The notes below the pieces were generated by a model. The model searched no databases, was not told the DNA's origin, and was given only the letters and a program-made list of their open reading frames with translations. From a bacterium (GTDB lineage Bacteria > Margulisbacteria > Marinamargulisbacteria > GCA-2716485 > JAYNIM01), in NCBI GenBank assembly GCA_038109055.1, contig JAYNIM010000001.1, forward strand, positions 135,045 through 199,044: 64,000 bases of DNA, read 5' to 3'. This document shows positions 1 through 10,406 of this stretch, one piece after another (position 1 is the first letter of the stretch; each line of letters starts with the position of its first letter). Both the position numbers and the translations under genes were made by a program.

Positions 1-1275
1 TTTTGTTGTTAATTGATAACCGTTATCACCTGATTCTCTATATTCAGTCTCATATTCACGTCTAAGTTCATGCAATAAATCGAGTTTTTCTTGTGATGCA
101 TCGTTTTTATTAAGGCCCTTGGTTCTATATTTAGGTTCTGTAGCTTCTCTTACCCTTTGTTTCTCTTCGGGAGTGAGACTGGGGTTGGTTTTTAACTCTT
201 TCAACCTGTGTACTACTTTCCATTCACTAGCTTCTTTTGCTAGCATGTCAATGTTTTTTTTGTAAAAAGGAGTTGTTATTCCAGCTGCACCTATATATTG
301 ACCGTCCATTTTTACTGTGAGATTTTCACCCATTATCCAGTCAGTTAAATCCCAATCCTCTAGTCCCCCTATATGGCCATTGAAAAAGACATTTCCTATT
401 AGTGCTCTAAATAACTCTTTTTTTTGGTTACCATTTAATTTTTCTACTAATGGGTCAAAATCATCGACTTCGCCTCCACGATCCCTGCCGCGATATTCTT
501 CTGTTTTACCTCGACTAGTAGGAAATGCGTCTGGTTCATAAAGATCTCCAAGAATTCCGACTAGGTTTCCATCTGAATCTGTAGTTAGATCTCCCCATAC
601 CTTTGTCGTACCTTTCAGTGCGGGTTCTAGTTGTTTTTCTATATGATCTTTTGCGTCTCCACTAAAGCGTACGTTTATAATGTTTCTAGTTGGATCTTGC
701 AATCGCTTTGTGAGTTCGTGGTTTTCTACTCGTGCAAATTTTACTCTTACCGGTGTATCGGCTTTTAGATTGTCAGGGTTTAAAAATGTACCTGGGTTTT
801 TGGCATGTTGTTCTGTTAAGAAGCTTCTATACACGTGTTTTGTGTCTTCATCAAGTAGTCGAAACTCTATATCTATAGCTCGTTGTGCTCTGCCATAGCC
901 CTCCGTCGAGTGTAGTCCATCTATACGTTCAATGTTTTGTGTCGTTGTACGTATCCTTGTTTTCGCGGCAACTCCTAGAGCCTCCATTGAGTTTGCTTTA
1001 GCTTCTGCTTCTTTTAGATCGACTATGCGTATACCCTTGCTGTCTATTTGTGCGGCTCCACCTGTTATTAATGGTGCTGTTCCTCCTGTTAATGTTCTTT
1101 GTCCGGTTAGAGCTGGTGGTTGTGGGGGATGCGCTGGTGGTTGTGGGGGCGAGAATGCTGCTGCTGCGTTTGTTCCTACTGCTACTATTGCTGCCATTTG
1201 TGCCATTTCATAGTAGCCAGAGGTTAAAGCCACTAGGGCTATAGCTCCAAAAACAATGGCTCTTGTACTAGGCAC
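1..1275 (-). CDS. Orphan protein (>425 aa, 3' end outside window) with hydrophobic N-terminus and Pro-rich linker
   Basis: Not in the ORF track because there is no stop in the window. Hand translation from GTG at 1275, preceded by AAAAAGGAG, is open to base 1: MPSTRAIVFGAIALVALTSGYYEMAQMAAIVAVGTNAAAAFSPPQPPAHPPQPPA... Confidence 0.8.
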   Translation of the reverse strand, partial: MPSTRAIVFGAIALVALTSGYYEMAQMAAIVAVGTNAAAAFSPPQPPAHPPQPPALTGQRTLTGGTAPLITGGAAQIDSKGIRIVDLKEAEAKANSMEALGVAAKTRIRTTTQNIERIDGLHSTEGYGRAQRAIDIEFRLLDEDTKHVYRSFLTEQHAKNPGTFLNPDNLKADTPVRVKFARVENHELTKRLQDPTRNIINVRFSGDAKDHIEKQLEPALKGTTKVWGDLTTDSDGNLVGILGDLYEPDAFPTSRGKTEEYRGRDRGGEVDDFDPLVEKLNGNQKKELFRALIGNVFFNGHIGGLEDWDLTDWIMGENLTVKMDGQYIGAAGITTPFYKKNIDMLAKEASEWKVVHRLKELKTNPSLTPEEKQRVREATEPKYRTKGLNKNDASQEKLDLLHELRREYETEYRESGDNGYQLTTK

Positions 1276-1499
1276 TTGTCACTCCTTTTTAGGTTATTGA
1301 GGATTTTTTTTTGTAATTTCTTAATAAATTTGTTCCCTATATAGGGTATGCCCTCATAAACATAAAATTAAACATCACTTAATACAAAGGCGTTATCTAT
1401 GATTGAACATTATTCGTGCGTATGTGGATATGTAAGTGTTTACATATTTTTTTGGGTATGTTTTAGTATCTTTGATAAATAGTTTTTGAGAGGTTGTTG

Positions 1500-2561
1500 A
1501 TGAAAAAATGCATTAATATCTTGTGGATTTTGACGGTTTCATGCTTGTGTTTAGTGGGTTGTTCAGGGCCTGCTACAACAGTAGATTCGGGGACTGAAGC
1601 CAAAGAGACGAAGGTAATTATGGGGGCTGGTGCAACTTTTCCCTACCCTCTTTATGCCAAGATGTTTGATGCGTATTATCAACAAACCGGTTATCAGGTG
1701 AATTATCAATCGATTGGTTCTGGTGGAGGTGTTAGGCAGTTGTTAAAGAAAACCGTTGATTTTGGTGCCACCGATGCATTTATTACAGATCAGAAAATGC
1801 GTGATTTTCCTGCTGAGATTGTACATATACCTACCTGTTTAGGTGCTGTTGCGGTGAGTTATCATGTTCCGGGTGTAAAGAGCCAATCACTTCGCATTTC
1901 AGCGGCCGTTTTAGCGGATATATTTTTGGGAAAGATTCGTTATTGGAATGATGCGCGTATTGTAAAAGATAATCCTGGGGTTTCTTTACCTAAACTTAAA
2001 ATTACCCCTGTATATCGTTCGGATGGCAGTGGGACTACGGCAATTTTTACGGATTATTTGACGAAAGTGAGTGGTGAATGGAAAGCCAAGGTTGGTATGG
2101 GGAAATCTGTGAACTGGCCTATGGGTGTGGGTGCAAAAGGAAATGCAGGTGTTGCGGGTGTTTTAAAGCAAATGCCCGGGGGGATTGCCTATATTAATTT
2201 GGCCTATTGTATACAGAATTCACTGCCGCTTGCTGCGGTTGAAAATGGGCGTGGTGATTTTGTTGTTCCTACGATTGAAAGTACGACTTTGGCGGCAAGC
2301 GCTAAGATACCTGCGGATACGCGTGTATCCATTACGAATTCTTCTGTTAAAAACTCCTACCCTATTTCGGGCTTTACCTGGTTAATCATTTATAAAGCTT
2401 TACCTGAATCTTCTAACTCTACACGTATTTCGGAAATAAAAGATTTATTTTCTTGGATGGTTTCTGATGCTCAATCTTATGTGGCGCCTTTGCATTATGC
2501 GCCATTGCCCTCTAATGTTCGGGTTCAGGCGCAAAAAATTATTGATAGTATTATTGATTAA
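1500..2561 (+). CDS. pstS: Phosphate ABC transporter substrate-binding lipoprotein PstS
   Basis: GAGATFPYPLY, YQSIGSGGG, DFGATD, YRSDGSGTT, YPISGFTW motifs; lipobox LVGC; ATG at 1500 preferred over TTG at 1494. Confidence 0.95.
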   Translation: MKKCINILWILTVSCLCLVGCSGPATTVDSGTEAKETKVIMGAGATFPYPLYAKMFDAYYQQTGYQVNYQSIGSGGGVRQLLKKTVDFGATDAFITDQKMRDFPAEIVHIPTCLGAVAVSYHVPGVKSQSLRISAAVLADIFLGKIRYWNDARIVKDNPGVSLPKLKITPVYRSDGSGTTAIFTDYLTKVSGEWKAKVGMGKSVNWPMGVGAKGNAGVAGVLKQMPGGIAYINLAYCIQNSLPLAAVENGRGDFVVPTIESTTLAASAKIPADTRVSITNSSVKNSYPISGFTWLIIYKALPESSNSTRISEIKDLFSWMVSDAQSYVAPLHYAPLPSNVRVQAQKIIDSIID

Positions 2562-2669
2562 TGTTTAATTCTCTTTTTTTTCGGGAATGACATATATAGA
2601 GTAGGCCTTTCTAAGAATCACTTATAGAGGTTTGTTCTTTTTTAAATGTTGTTTTCAAGGGGGGTATGT

Positions 2670-4298
2670 ATGATGATCTTGGCAGAGCTTTTGATTGAGG
2701 TGTTGCTGCAGAGAAATGTGGGACATGTTTTTGGTGTACCGGGTGATTTTGTTTTAAGCTTTTATAAAGCACTTGAAGATTCTGATCTTGAAATTATTAA
2801 TACCTGTGATGAGCAAGGTGCTGGTTTTGCAGCCGATGCATATGCGCGGATGCATGGGTTGTCGTGCTTGTGTGTGACTTATGGGGTTGGTGCTTATAAA
2901 GTCGTGAATGCGATTGCCGAAGCATATGCAGAAAAATCGCCTGTGGTGTTGATTAGTGGTGCGCCGGGTCTTTTTGAACGTGAACAGTGTGAGATGATTC
3001 ATCATAAAAGTGTGGCCTATGATACTCAGTTTAAAATTTTTTCAGAGCTGACGTGTTATTCGGCTGTTTTGGATAATCCTGAAACGAATGCTCAAGCTAT
3101 TTTATCTGCGATTTATCATGCCATGCTGTATAAGCGGCCCGTGTATTTAGAGTGCCCCAGAGATATGTTCTTGTCTAAAATTAAGAGACCTGGTTCTATG
3201 ACATTTAAGCGTCCTAAATCGAAGACTGTTTCATTGTTAGCGGCTAAAAAAGCCTTGTATCGGCGCTTGGATTCTGCGAAGAAATCAGCCATTTTATTGG
3301 GGACGGATATCCAGCGTTACTCTTTTCAGGATCAAGTTTTGGCCTTTGCGACACGTTTAGGTTTACCTATTTTTTCGACGATTATGGCCAAATCTGTTAT
3401 TTCTGAGCAACATCCTTTGTTTTGTGGGGTCTATCAAGGACATTTGGCGGATGAAGAGATTGCTGATGATTTGGAATCTTGTGATTGTATTTTGAGTCTG
3501 GGAGCGTGGATGAGTGATGTTAATTTGGGGATTTATTCCTCTAAATTAAACCAGAAACAGCTTGTAGAATTTAACTCAGATAGCTTGGTCATTGATGGTC
3601 ATTGTTATGATACGGTTTTATTAGAAGATAGTTTGTCCTTGTTGTCTGATTATCAGCCTAAAACACCTGTTTTTGAGTCGTCATTTTCTAAGCCTTTAAC
3701 TTCCAGGGGCTTTGTGGCCGAAGAAGGTGTTGAGATGACGACACAGCGTTTATTTGCTTGTTTGTCGCAGTTTATTGATGGGAATTATTGTGTTCTTTGT
3801 GATGTTGGGGATGTGTTGTTTTCGTCCTTGTCGATGCCGATGCCTGAGAGAAGTCAGTTTTTGTCGCCGGCCTATTATACCTCGATGGGCTTTGCGGTTC
3901 CGGCAGCTTTGGCCGCGGGCGCGTTGTATCCCAATAAGCGGCTTTTGGTCTTGGTTGGCGATGGTGCCTTTCAGATGACTGGGATGGAGTTGTCTACTTT
4001 GCAGCGTTTTGGTATGGCGCCAATTGTGGTCGTGTTGAATAATCAGGGGTATGGAACGGAGCGGCCGATTCAGGATGGAAAATTTAATGATATTTTAAAT
4101 TGGGACTATCATCGATTACCAGAGCTTTTGGGTTGTGGACAGGGTTTTTTGGTGAAGGATGAAGCGCGTTTGGTGCATGCCTTGGCTATGGCGGATATTT
4201 CTACAGATTCGTTTACGATATTAAATGTTTCTGTTCCTAAGCATGACCATTCACCATTGTTAAAACAGTTGGCAGCTGGCTTGCATGATCAGTTATAG
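2670..4298 (+). CDS. ThDP-dependent 2-keto acid decarboxylase (indolepyruvate/phenylpyruvate/pyruvate decarboxylase family)
   Basis: FGVPGDF, DEQGAGFAADAYAR, IHH, ThDP motif GDGAFQMTGMELST...NNQGY. Confidence 0.9.
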   Translation: MMILAELLIEVLLQRNVGHVFGVPGDFVLSFYKALEDSDLEIINTCDEQGAGFAADAYARMHGLSCLCVTYGVGAYKVVNAIAEAYAEKSPVVLISGAPGLFEREQCEMIHHKSVAYDTQFKIFSELTCYSAVLDNPETNAQAILSAIYHAMLYKRPVYLECPRDMFLSKIKRPGSMTFKRPKSKTVSLLAAKKALYRRLDSAKKSAILLGTDIQRYSFQDQVLAFATRLGLPIFSTIMAKSVISEQHPLFCGVYQGHLADEEIADDLESCDCILSLGAWMSDVNLGIYSSKLNQKQLVEFNSDSLVIDGHCYDTVLLEDSLSLLSDYQPKTPVFESSFSKPLTSRGFVAEEGVEMTTQRLFACLSQFIDGNYCVLCDVGDVLFSSLSMPMPERSQFLSPAYYTSMGFAVPAALAAGALYPNKRLLVLVGDGAFQMTGMELSTLQRFGMAPIVVVLNNQGYGTERPIQDGKFNDILNWDYHRLPELLGCGQGFLVKDEARLVHALAMADISTDSFTILNVSVPKHDHSPLLKQLAAGLHDQL

Positions 4299-4302
4299 CT
4301 TA

Positions 4303-4342
4303 AGACCTATAAATATAGGTTGGTTTAGTGTGTGGTAGGTCT
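4303..4342. terminator. Short palindrome between convergent genes, possible bidirectional terminator
   Basis: ACCTATA-AA-TATAGGT (4305-4320); AGACCTA (4303-4309) can alternatively pair with TAGGTCT (4336-4342). Confidence 0.35.
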
Positions 4343-4674
4343 AATTTAATTTGTTTAAGCCTTTATTTATATATCGTATATTTTCTTCTAGTTTGAGCTT
4401 ATCATTTATGGATGTATTTTGTGATTCTTTAATGAGTTGAATCATTTTATGTGAGATGCATTGTGCGATGATAGGCGTTAAGGATGCAAGTATTTTTGGC
4501 CATTTATCAGTCAATAGTATTTTCGCAAGTATGTGGGCGATCCCCTCCCCTCGCCGTTTTTCTTTTCTTTTTCCAATAATGAAGCTTGGTCGTAGTATGA
4601 TATAATTGAGTGAGTAATAAGGACTCACAAAGACCTGTTACGCCTATAAATAAGGCCGTTTTTTTGCTGCTCAT
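4341..4674 (-). pseudogene. Internally deleted, frameshifted atypical SDR (YraR/TIP30-like NAD(P)-binding protein)
   Basis: ATG 4674 gives MSSKKTALFIGVTGLCESLLLTQL (Rossmann start) and stops at 4507. A second frame gives ILRPSFIIGKRKEKRRGEGIA...PIIAQCISHKM, resembling the family C-terminus. Confidence 0.6.
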
Positions 4675-4706
4675 TGTATTATTTTCATATAATTAAATGG
4701 AAACGA

Positions 4707-5009
4707 TTACTGATGATGGATATAATCAACAACCGTTGAGCGATCACAATGAGATTTGATTATGTCTACAACCTTCAAATGTTCGGGGTGGTCGCGATAT
4801 ATCTCAAGATCATTCTTATTTTTAAAGGTGCATATCAATACCATATCGGCAGCACGTGGACTTTCAATGCTATTTAGGCCGACTGTTATATTTATTAAAC
4901 CGTCTATTTTTTCTTTAAGACTTTCTAATTTTTGCTTGCATTCATCTAATGCCAATTTTTTATTTGGATGATTTTCTTTGATGTGAAACATAACCACGTG
5001 AGTAAGCAT
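4707..5009 (-). CDS. Dabb family stress-responsive alpha/beta barrel protein
   Basis: MLTHVVMF..., F.NKNDLEIYRDHPEH, VVDY pattern; 100 aa. Confidence 0.9.
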   Translation of the reverse strand: MLTHVVMFHIKENHPNKKLALDECKQKLESLKEKIDGLINITVGLNSIESPRAADMVLICTFKNKNDLEIYRDHPEHLKVVDIIKSHCDRSTVVDYIHHQ

Positions 5010-5095
5010 GGGTTTATGTTATCTTTTTATGCTTGTTTTTTGTAGTCTTTTTGCTCTTTTGGTTTTTATGTTTGGTATTGAGTATACTGAGAGTG

Positions 5096-5791
5096 ATGCT
5101 TGCTATTCGTTTATATCAACAAACAGATTGTCATTACAGTGCGGCTGAATTTTTGAAAGCAGACGAGCTGATGTCTAAAATCTATGGGGTGAGTGTGCAG
5201 CAATTGATGGAAGTGGCGGGGCTACGTTTGGCGGAGTTTGTGAAGGAGCTTGTAACAGCGAAAGGCAAGATTGTTGTTGTTTGTGCTAAGGGGAATAATG
5301 CGGGGGATGGCTTGGTGGCGGCGCGGTATTTGAGCCATTGGGGCTTGGAGGTTCAGATTGTTTTATGTTCGGATGAGTCTGAATTGACCTCCCTACCCTT
5401 GCAGCATTTGGCGTCTGCTAGGGCCTTTGGTATTGAGGTTTTGGCGTATGATCAGGGGTTATTTTCTGCTTTGACTAAAGAGGATGTGCTGATAGACGCG
5501 TTGTTTGGTTGTGGCTTGCAAAGAGCGCCAGAGGGCATATATGCGCAGGCCATCGTAGCGATGAATAATGCTGAGGCAGCGATTGTTGCGGTGGATGTGC
5601 CGAGTGGGTTGGATGCGAGTACGGGACAGTGCTATCAGCCCATGGTTCAGGCGGATTTTACCTTGAGTTTTGCAGCGGCTAAACAGGCATTTTTGACGGT
5701 TCCCCTGCCCCAGTTGTATATTGCGGATATTGGGATTAATGAGGACTTATTTCGCGAGTCGAGTGCCGATATATACCAGGCTGATACCTAG
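5096..5791 (+). CDS. nnrE: NAD(P)H-hydrate epimerase (stand-alone YjeF N-terminal domain)
   Basis: LMEVAG, KGNNAGDGLVAARYL, IDALFGCG, VDVPSG, VADIGI-like end; start at 5096 follows TATACT. Confidence 0.9.
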   Translation: MLAIRLYQQTDCHYSAAEFLKADELMSKIYGVSVQQLMEVAGLRLAEFVKELVTAKGKIVVVCAKGNNAGDGLVAARYLSHWGLEVQIVLCSDESELTSLPLQHLASARAFGIEVLAYDQGLFSALTKEDVLIDALFGCGLQRAPEGIYAQAIVAMNNAEAAIVAVDVPSGLDASTGQCYQPMVQADFTLSFAAAKQAFLTVPLPQLYIADIGINEDLFRESSADIYQADT

Positions 5792-6115
5792 AATGTTGCT
5801 TGTAAGGATATAGCTTAGGGCGAGCATCCATTGGCCTTTTTGAATGAGAGTGAAGCTTTCGAGTCCGAAAGCTGAAAAGGTGGTGAAAGCAGCGAGTAAA
5901 CCTGCAAAGAGAATAAGGCGGCTGTGGTAGGGCCAATGGAATTGTTCGCTCCATGTCCAACATAAGCCGGCGAGTAAACAGCCGAGTAGATTGACTGTTA
6001 GGGTGCCCCAGGGAAACGAGGAGGATAGGTGTTTGCTGATGAATTGTGAGATGAGTACTCGTAAGACTGTGCCGACACTTCCGGCTATACATAAGGAGAG
6101 TGTTAATTTGATCAT
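5747..6115 (-). CDS. crcB: Fluoride channel FluC/CrcB
   Basis: GTVLR, FPWGTLTVNLLGC, GLLAAFTTFSAF; four hydrophobic segments. Confidence 0.93.
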   Translation of the reverse strand: MIKLTLSLCIAGSVGTVLRVLISQFISKHLSSSFPWGTLTVNLLGCLLAGLCWTWSEQFHWPYHSRLILFAGLLAAFTTFSAFGLESFTLIQKGQWMLALSYILTSNILGISLVYIGTRLAK

Positions 6116-6121
6116 GGTATG

Positions 6122-6207
6122 ATTTTAGCAGCTTGTTTTTTATCTTGATAGCATAGTGGATTCTTGAATGAATGGGGGCGGTTATTTTGAGTAGTATCTG
6201 TTAAAAT
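6122..6207. promoter_or_regulatory. Divergent extended -10 promoters for crcB and rsmG (leaderless-type)
   Basis: Minus strand TGCTAAAAT-N6-ATG (crcB); plus strand TGTTAAAAT-N6-ATG (rsmG). Confidence 0.65.
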
Positions 6208-6213
6208 GAGTGG

Positions 6214-6750
6214 ATGTACGGTGATCAGGTTGAACGCTACTTAAGCCTTTTGAAAGAGTATAATGAGCATACCAATATTTATTCGAAGAAGGCCTATGAT
6301 AAATTGGATTTTCATGTCAAAGATAGCTGTGTTTTGGCAGGTTTAATTGGTAATAAGTCGTGTCGGGTGTTGGATATTGGTTCAGGTTCTGGATTTCCTT
6401 CTGTGATTATTGCTATTTGCAACCCTAAAAATAAGGTTCGGGCAGTCGAGTCTAAATCTCGTAAAACGCGTTTTTTAGAGCAGGTTAAAATAGACCTTTG
6501 CTTGGATAATTTTGAGGTGGTTCAGGCGAATATTGTGGAGTATGGCCGTTGTGATGTGCCAAAAGCAGATGTAATAACAGCTAAGGCGTTTGCTTCTTTG
6601 GAACGTGTAAAGCACGTGTCAAAGCCTCTCAGAAAGGCGCGACATTGTATTTGGATTCCGATTCATTATGATCAATTTGATGAGATTGAGGATACGAAAA
6701 CCTGTCGTATCGAAAAAGACGGATTTTATTATTTGAAACGAGAGGGTTAG
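6214..6750 (+). CDS. rsmG: 16S rRNA (guanine(527)-N7)-methyltransferase RsmG
   Basis: HVKDS, LDIGSGSGFP, VESKSRKTRFL, ITAKAFA; short C-terminus. Confidence 0.9.
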   Translation: MYGDQVERYLSLLKEYNEHTNIYSKKAYDKLDFHVKDSCVLAGLIGNKSCRVLDIGSGSGFPSVIIAICNPKNKVRAVESKSRKTRFLEQVKIDLCLDNFEVVQANIVEYGRCDVPKADVITAKAFASLERVKHVSKPLRKARHCIWIPIHYDQFDEIEDTKTCRIEKDGFYYLKREG

Positions 6751-7176
6751 ATGACGCTTAAGGTATATCGTTTGGCTGAAAGTGATGAATTGAATTTGCC
6801 TGTGTATAGTAGTCAGGTTTCTGCTGGGTTCCCCTCCCCTGCGGATGATTATTTAGAGGGACATTTAGATTTGAATGTGCATTTGATTCAAAATAAAGAA
6901 GCGACGTTTATTGTTCGTGCGTCGGGTGATTCGATGCAGGGGGCGGGAATATTTGATCATGATTTGTTGTTGGTGGATCGTAGTTTAAGGCCTGTTTCTG
7001 GGAATGTGATTATTGCTTGTTTGCATGGTGAATTACTGGTGAAACGTTTACATATCCAAAATGGCTGTTATCAACTTTTGGCTGAAAATTCGGCTTATGC
7101 GCCTATTAAAATACATAAAAGTGATGATTTTTTAGTTTGGGGTGTGGTGATTCATGTCATTCATAAGCTGTGTTAG
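6751..7176 (+). CDS. umuD: DNA polymerase V subunit UmuD (S24 peptidase)
   Basis: VSAGFPSPADDY, GDSMQGAGI, LLVKRL, WGVV. Confidence 0.95.
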   Translation: MTLKVYRLAESDELNLPVYSSQVSAGFPSPADDYLEGHLDLNVHLIQNKEATFIVRASGDSMQGAGIFDHDLLLVDRSLRPVSGNVIIACLHGELLVKRLHIQNGCYQLLAENSAYAPIKIHKSDDFLVWGVVIHVIHKLC

Positions 7177-7230
7177 ATGGTTTTGATGGAGACTATTCGT
7201 ATGCTTTATAAAGCTTGTTAGGCATTTTTG

Positions 7231-8487
7231 ATGTTTGCTTTAGTTGATGCGAATAATTTTTATGTGTCTTGTGAACGGGTTTTTCAGCCTGATTTGGAGG
7301 GGAAACCTGTTCTGGTCTTATCTAATAATGATGGGTGTGTGATTGCACGTTCTGATGAAGTGAAAGCTTTGGGTTGTAAGATGGGTGAGCCTTATTTTAA
7401 GGTGAAAGAAAGGTTGAGTGGGCATGGTGTACGGGTGTTTTCCTCTAATTACGCCTTGTATGGAGATATGTCAGCACGATTGATGGCTCTGTTGATGGCT
7501 GGGTCTGCTGATGTAGAGGTGTATTCGGTGGACGAGGCGTTTTTGTTTTATCGAGATAGGCAGGATTGGAAGACGGAGGGGGCATCGTTAGTTGCGAAAA
7601 TTCGACAGTATTTAGGGTTGCCGATTAGTATTGGTTTTGCTGCGACGAAGACCTTGGCTAAAGTAGCTAATCGCTTGGCGAAACAGGATAAGGAGCGGTA
7701 TCAGGGAGTGTGTGTTTTAGATGACACCAATGTGGATCGAGGATTATCGGCGTTGCCGTTAACAGACTTGTGGGGGGTTGGACGTCGTCATGCGCGTTAT
7801 TTGCATGCCCAGGGATTTTCGACGGCTTATGATGTGAAATATGCGCCCACTGCTATGATCAAAAAACAATTGAAATCGCCGGGGCTTCAGTTGCAACATG
7901 AATTGAAGGGTCATGTTTGTCATGATTTAGAGTATGAGCCTGCTTTGCGTAAAAGTATTTGTGCGTCTAAAAGCTTTGGACGTAAGTTGTCAGATGTGGA
8001 TGTTGTGTTAGGAGCGCTGTTAAGTAATGTGGATCGTGCTCATGAAAAACTTCGTCAACAGGGGCTTTATGCAGGGTTTATGTTGGTGTTTGTTCATAGT
8101 TCACCTTTTAAGGGCGGGTATGTGTTTCATCGGGCACAATGTTCCTTGTCTGATCATGAACAATCATTGTTGTCTTTGAGTGGGATTGCAAAGAGGGCCT
8201 TGCTGTCTTGTTTTGATTCTAAAGTGAGGTATTGTAAATCAGGGGTTTTGCTTTGGGGCTTGTATTCCAAGGATTGTGTGCAGCCATCGTTGTTTGAAGA
8301 TAAAGTAGGTAATAGTAAGCAGTCAGAAAAACTTGATCAGGCTTTAGAGGCGGTGCGAAAGCGCTATGGAAAGAACAGTGTGGGGCTGGCAAGCACAGGG
8401 TGTTATGCGGCTGAGTATCAGATGAATTCTGCGCAACGATCGCCACGTTATAGCACGCGTTGGGATGAATTGTTAGAGGTGAGTTAA
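7231..8487 (+). CDS. umuC: Y-family DNA polymerase V subunit UmuC
   Basis: [35 protein letters not shown]-terminal [11 protein letters not shown]. Confidence 0.95.
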   Translation: MFALVDANNFYVSCERVFQPDLEGKPVLVLSNNDGCVIARSDEVKALGCKMGEPYFKVKERLSGHGVRVFSSNYALYGDMSARLMALLMAGSADVEVYSVDEAFLFYRDRQDWKTEGASLVAKIRQYLGLPISIGFAATKTLAKVANRLAKQDKERYQGVCVLDDTNVDRGLSALPLTDLWGVGRRHARYLHAQGFSTAYDVKYAPTAMIKKQLKSPGLQLQHELKGHVCHDLEYEPALRKSICASKSFGRKLSDVDVVLGALLSNVDRAHEKLRQQGLYAGFMLVFVHSSPFKGGYVFHRAQCSLSDHEQSLLSLSGIAKRALLSCFDSKVRYCKSGVLLWGLYSKDCVQPSLFEDKVGNSKQSEKLDQALEAVRKRYGKNSVGLASTGCYAAEYQMNSAQRSPRYSTRWDELLEVS

Positions 8488-10248
8488 GCTGGGTTTTTTG
8501 GGTGATTTTGCTGTATGTGTGTAGGCCGTTTTTCCCTTTGCTGTCTTTCTAAATATATGTTCTAAACTTTTTGCTATAAGCCATATCGCTAAGCCAAGAA
8601 TGAGCGAGTTAATCACAAGTAAGCCCCAGGATCCTTGCTTGAAAAACTGCCATTGATTTGCGAGTGATGCCCATAATGTGATGGCTAATATAGCGACACA
8701 AGGAAGAAAGCTGACCCATACATAGCCTTTTTTTTCTTTTTTAAGAAACATTGTCACAAGGAGTAAGGCAAGGGCTGCTAATAGTTGATTGACTGTACCA
8801 AATAATGGCCAGAGAGCTAAAGCCCCTTTTCCATTAAGCCCTGACGAAAAGGCAAGTATTGCAGCTGAACATACGGCGATGCCACAACTCTTTGTGGGTG
8901 TTATCCAATTTTTAAGAGGGCTATTTTGACAAAGTTCAGTGATCATATATCGTTGAACTCGTGTTGCAGAGTCTAAGGTAGTTCCTGCGAAGGAGGCGAT
9001 TAATACCCCCATAATTGCGCTGGCAAAAGATGAGGATATCCCAATGCCAGACATGAAGTTAGCACAGCCAGTTACTACGGCGACTAATTTTGATCCAAGC
9101 CCTGAGGAGGATTGCCATGATCCATAGTGGGTATTCCAAGCCTGGATTCCAATAAGTGTTTGACCTTCATTATCGGTATAGGCAAGACTTAAACCTGCAC
9201 ATACAGCAATAATGATTAATACGGCTAAAAACCCCTCTCCTATCATAGATCCATACCCCACTGCTTTAGCGTCTATTTCGTTATTTATTTGTTTAGATGT
9301 GGTACCTGAACAGATTAAACTATGAAAACCTGAAATGGCGCCGCAAGCAATGGTGATACATAAAAAAGGCCATATTGAAGGTGCTCCTATGGGTGAAGGG
9401 TTAATGGCGGGAGCATGCATTATTAAGGGATTTCCTTGAAGGGCTATAGCGATCATACCAAGTAAAATTAATGCTAGAGCTATGTATAGTTGCCAGGCAT
9501 TTAAAAAATCTCTTGGTTGTAACAATGTATTTACGGGTATACGTGCAGCTACAAAGGCGTAGATTAGTAATATGAACGCCCAAATACCACTTGAAGGCAT
9601 ACTCCCCCAGTTAGGAAGTGTCAAAGGAAAGACTTGCCCCAGATATACGCAAACATACATGCCAGAAACACTTAGTATGGTTGCAAGGATTAAATTACCT
9701 TTTTTTTTAAACACCCAGTAGCCCATTCCGATAGCAATAGGGATTTCAAGCCAAATAGCGATAACTGAAGTTGGAAATTGGGTAAAAATGAGTCCCATAA
9801 TTAAGGCAAAAATAGCAATCACAATCCAGAGTGCTAAACAAATAATCATAAAAAAAGCATATTTTAGCTGAGGACCCAGGTATTGCTCGCTTATTTGAGC
9901 AATAGATTGGCCTTTGTTTCGAATGGAAAGCATTAGAACGGAAAAATCATGGACGGCTCCTAAAAAGATCGAGCCAAAGATGACCCATAACAAGGCGGGT
10001 AACCAGCCCCAAATGACCCCAATAGCTGGGCCTACAATCGGACCAGTTCCCGCAATAGAGGTAAAATGATGCCCAAACATCACACTTTTTTTTGAGGCGA
10101 TGAATTCTTTACCATCTGCCAGAGTATGGGAAGGTACAGAGGCCAGTATGTTGCAGTTAAAGATCTTTTTTTCTAGAAATCTTCCATAAAATTTGTAACC
10201 TGAACCCAGTAGAATTCCGCTGATAATTAAAATGAGTAAAGCAGACAT
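8473..10248 (-). CDS. cstA: Carbon starvation protein A family transporter
   Basis: [56 protein letters not shown]. Confidence 0.95.
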   Translation of the reverse strand: MSALLILIISGILLGSGYKFYGRFLEKKIFNCNILASVPSHTLADGKEFIASKKSVMFGHHFTSIAGTGPIVGPAIGVIWGWLPALLWVIFGSIFLGAVHDFSVLMLSIRNKGQSIAQISEQYLGPQLKYAFFMIICLALWIVIAIFALIMGLIFTQFPTSVIAIWLEIPIAIGMGYWVFKKKGNLILATILSVSGMYVCVYLGQVFPLTLPNWGSMPSSGIWAFILLIYAFVAARIPVNTLLQPRDFLNAWQLYIALALILLGMIAIALQGNPLIMHAPAINPSPIGAPSIWPFLCITIACGAISGFHSLICSGTTSKQINNEIDAKAVGYGSMIGEGFLAVLIIIAVCAGLSLAYTDNEGQTLIGIQAWNTHYGSWQSSSGLGSKLVAVVTGCANFMSGIGISSSFASAIMGVLIASFAGTTLDSATRVQRYMITELCQNSPLKNWITPTKSCGIAVCSAAILAFSSGLNGKGALALWPLFGTVNQLLAALALLLVTMFLKKEKKGYVWVSFLPCVAILAITLWASLANQWQFFKQGSWGLLVINSLILGLAIWLIAKSLEHIFRKTAKGKTAYTHTAKSPKKPSLTHL

Positions 10249-10406
10249 AAGTGCATAGTTTAACGTATTGTAATGACTTTGTTGAGTTTAAAGTTCGAGT
10301 GAGAATTTTTATTTATCGACTGAGTTTCTTTTATGTTTGTATGTAGGTTATTTTTGGTTAATGGTTAGATATTCAATTTCTCTTTTTATTTGTATAATGA
10401 GTCCGT

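Noticed and set aside
317..1244. Four short + strand ORFs in the track
   Set aside because: Antisense shadows of the long minus-strand ORF 1-1275, which has a clear SD and start
6116..6213. Fluoride riboswitch upstream of crcB
   Set aside because: No GGCGAUGG..UUCGCC / GCUxAUGAC pattern; the -10 box lies 6 nt from ATG, leaving no leader
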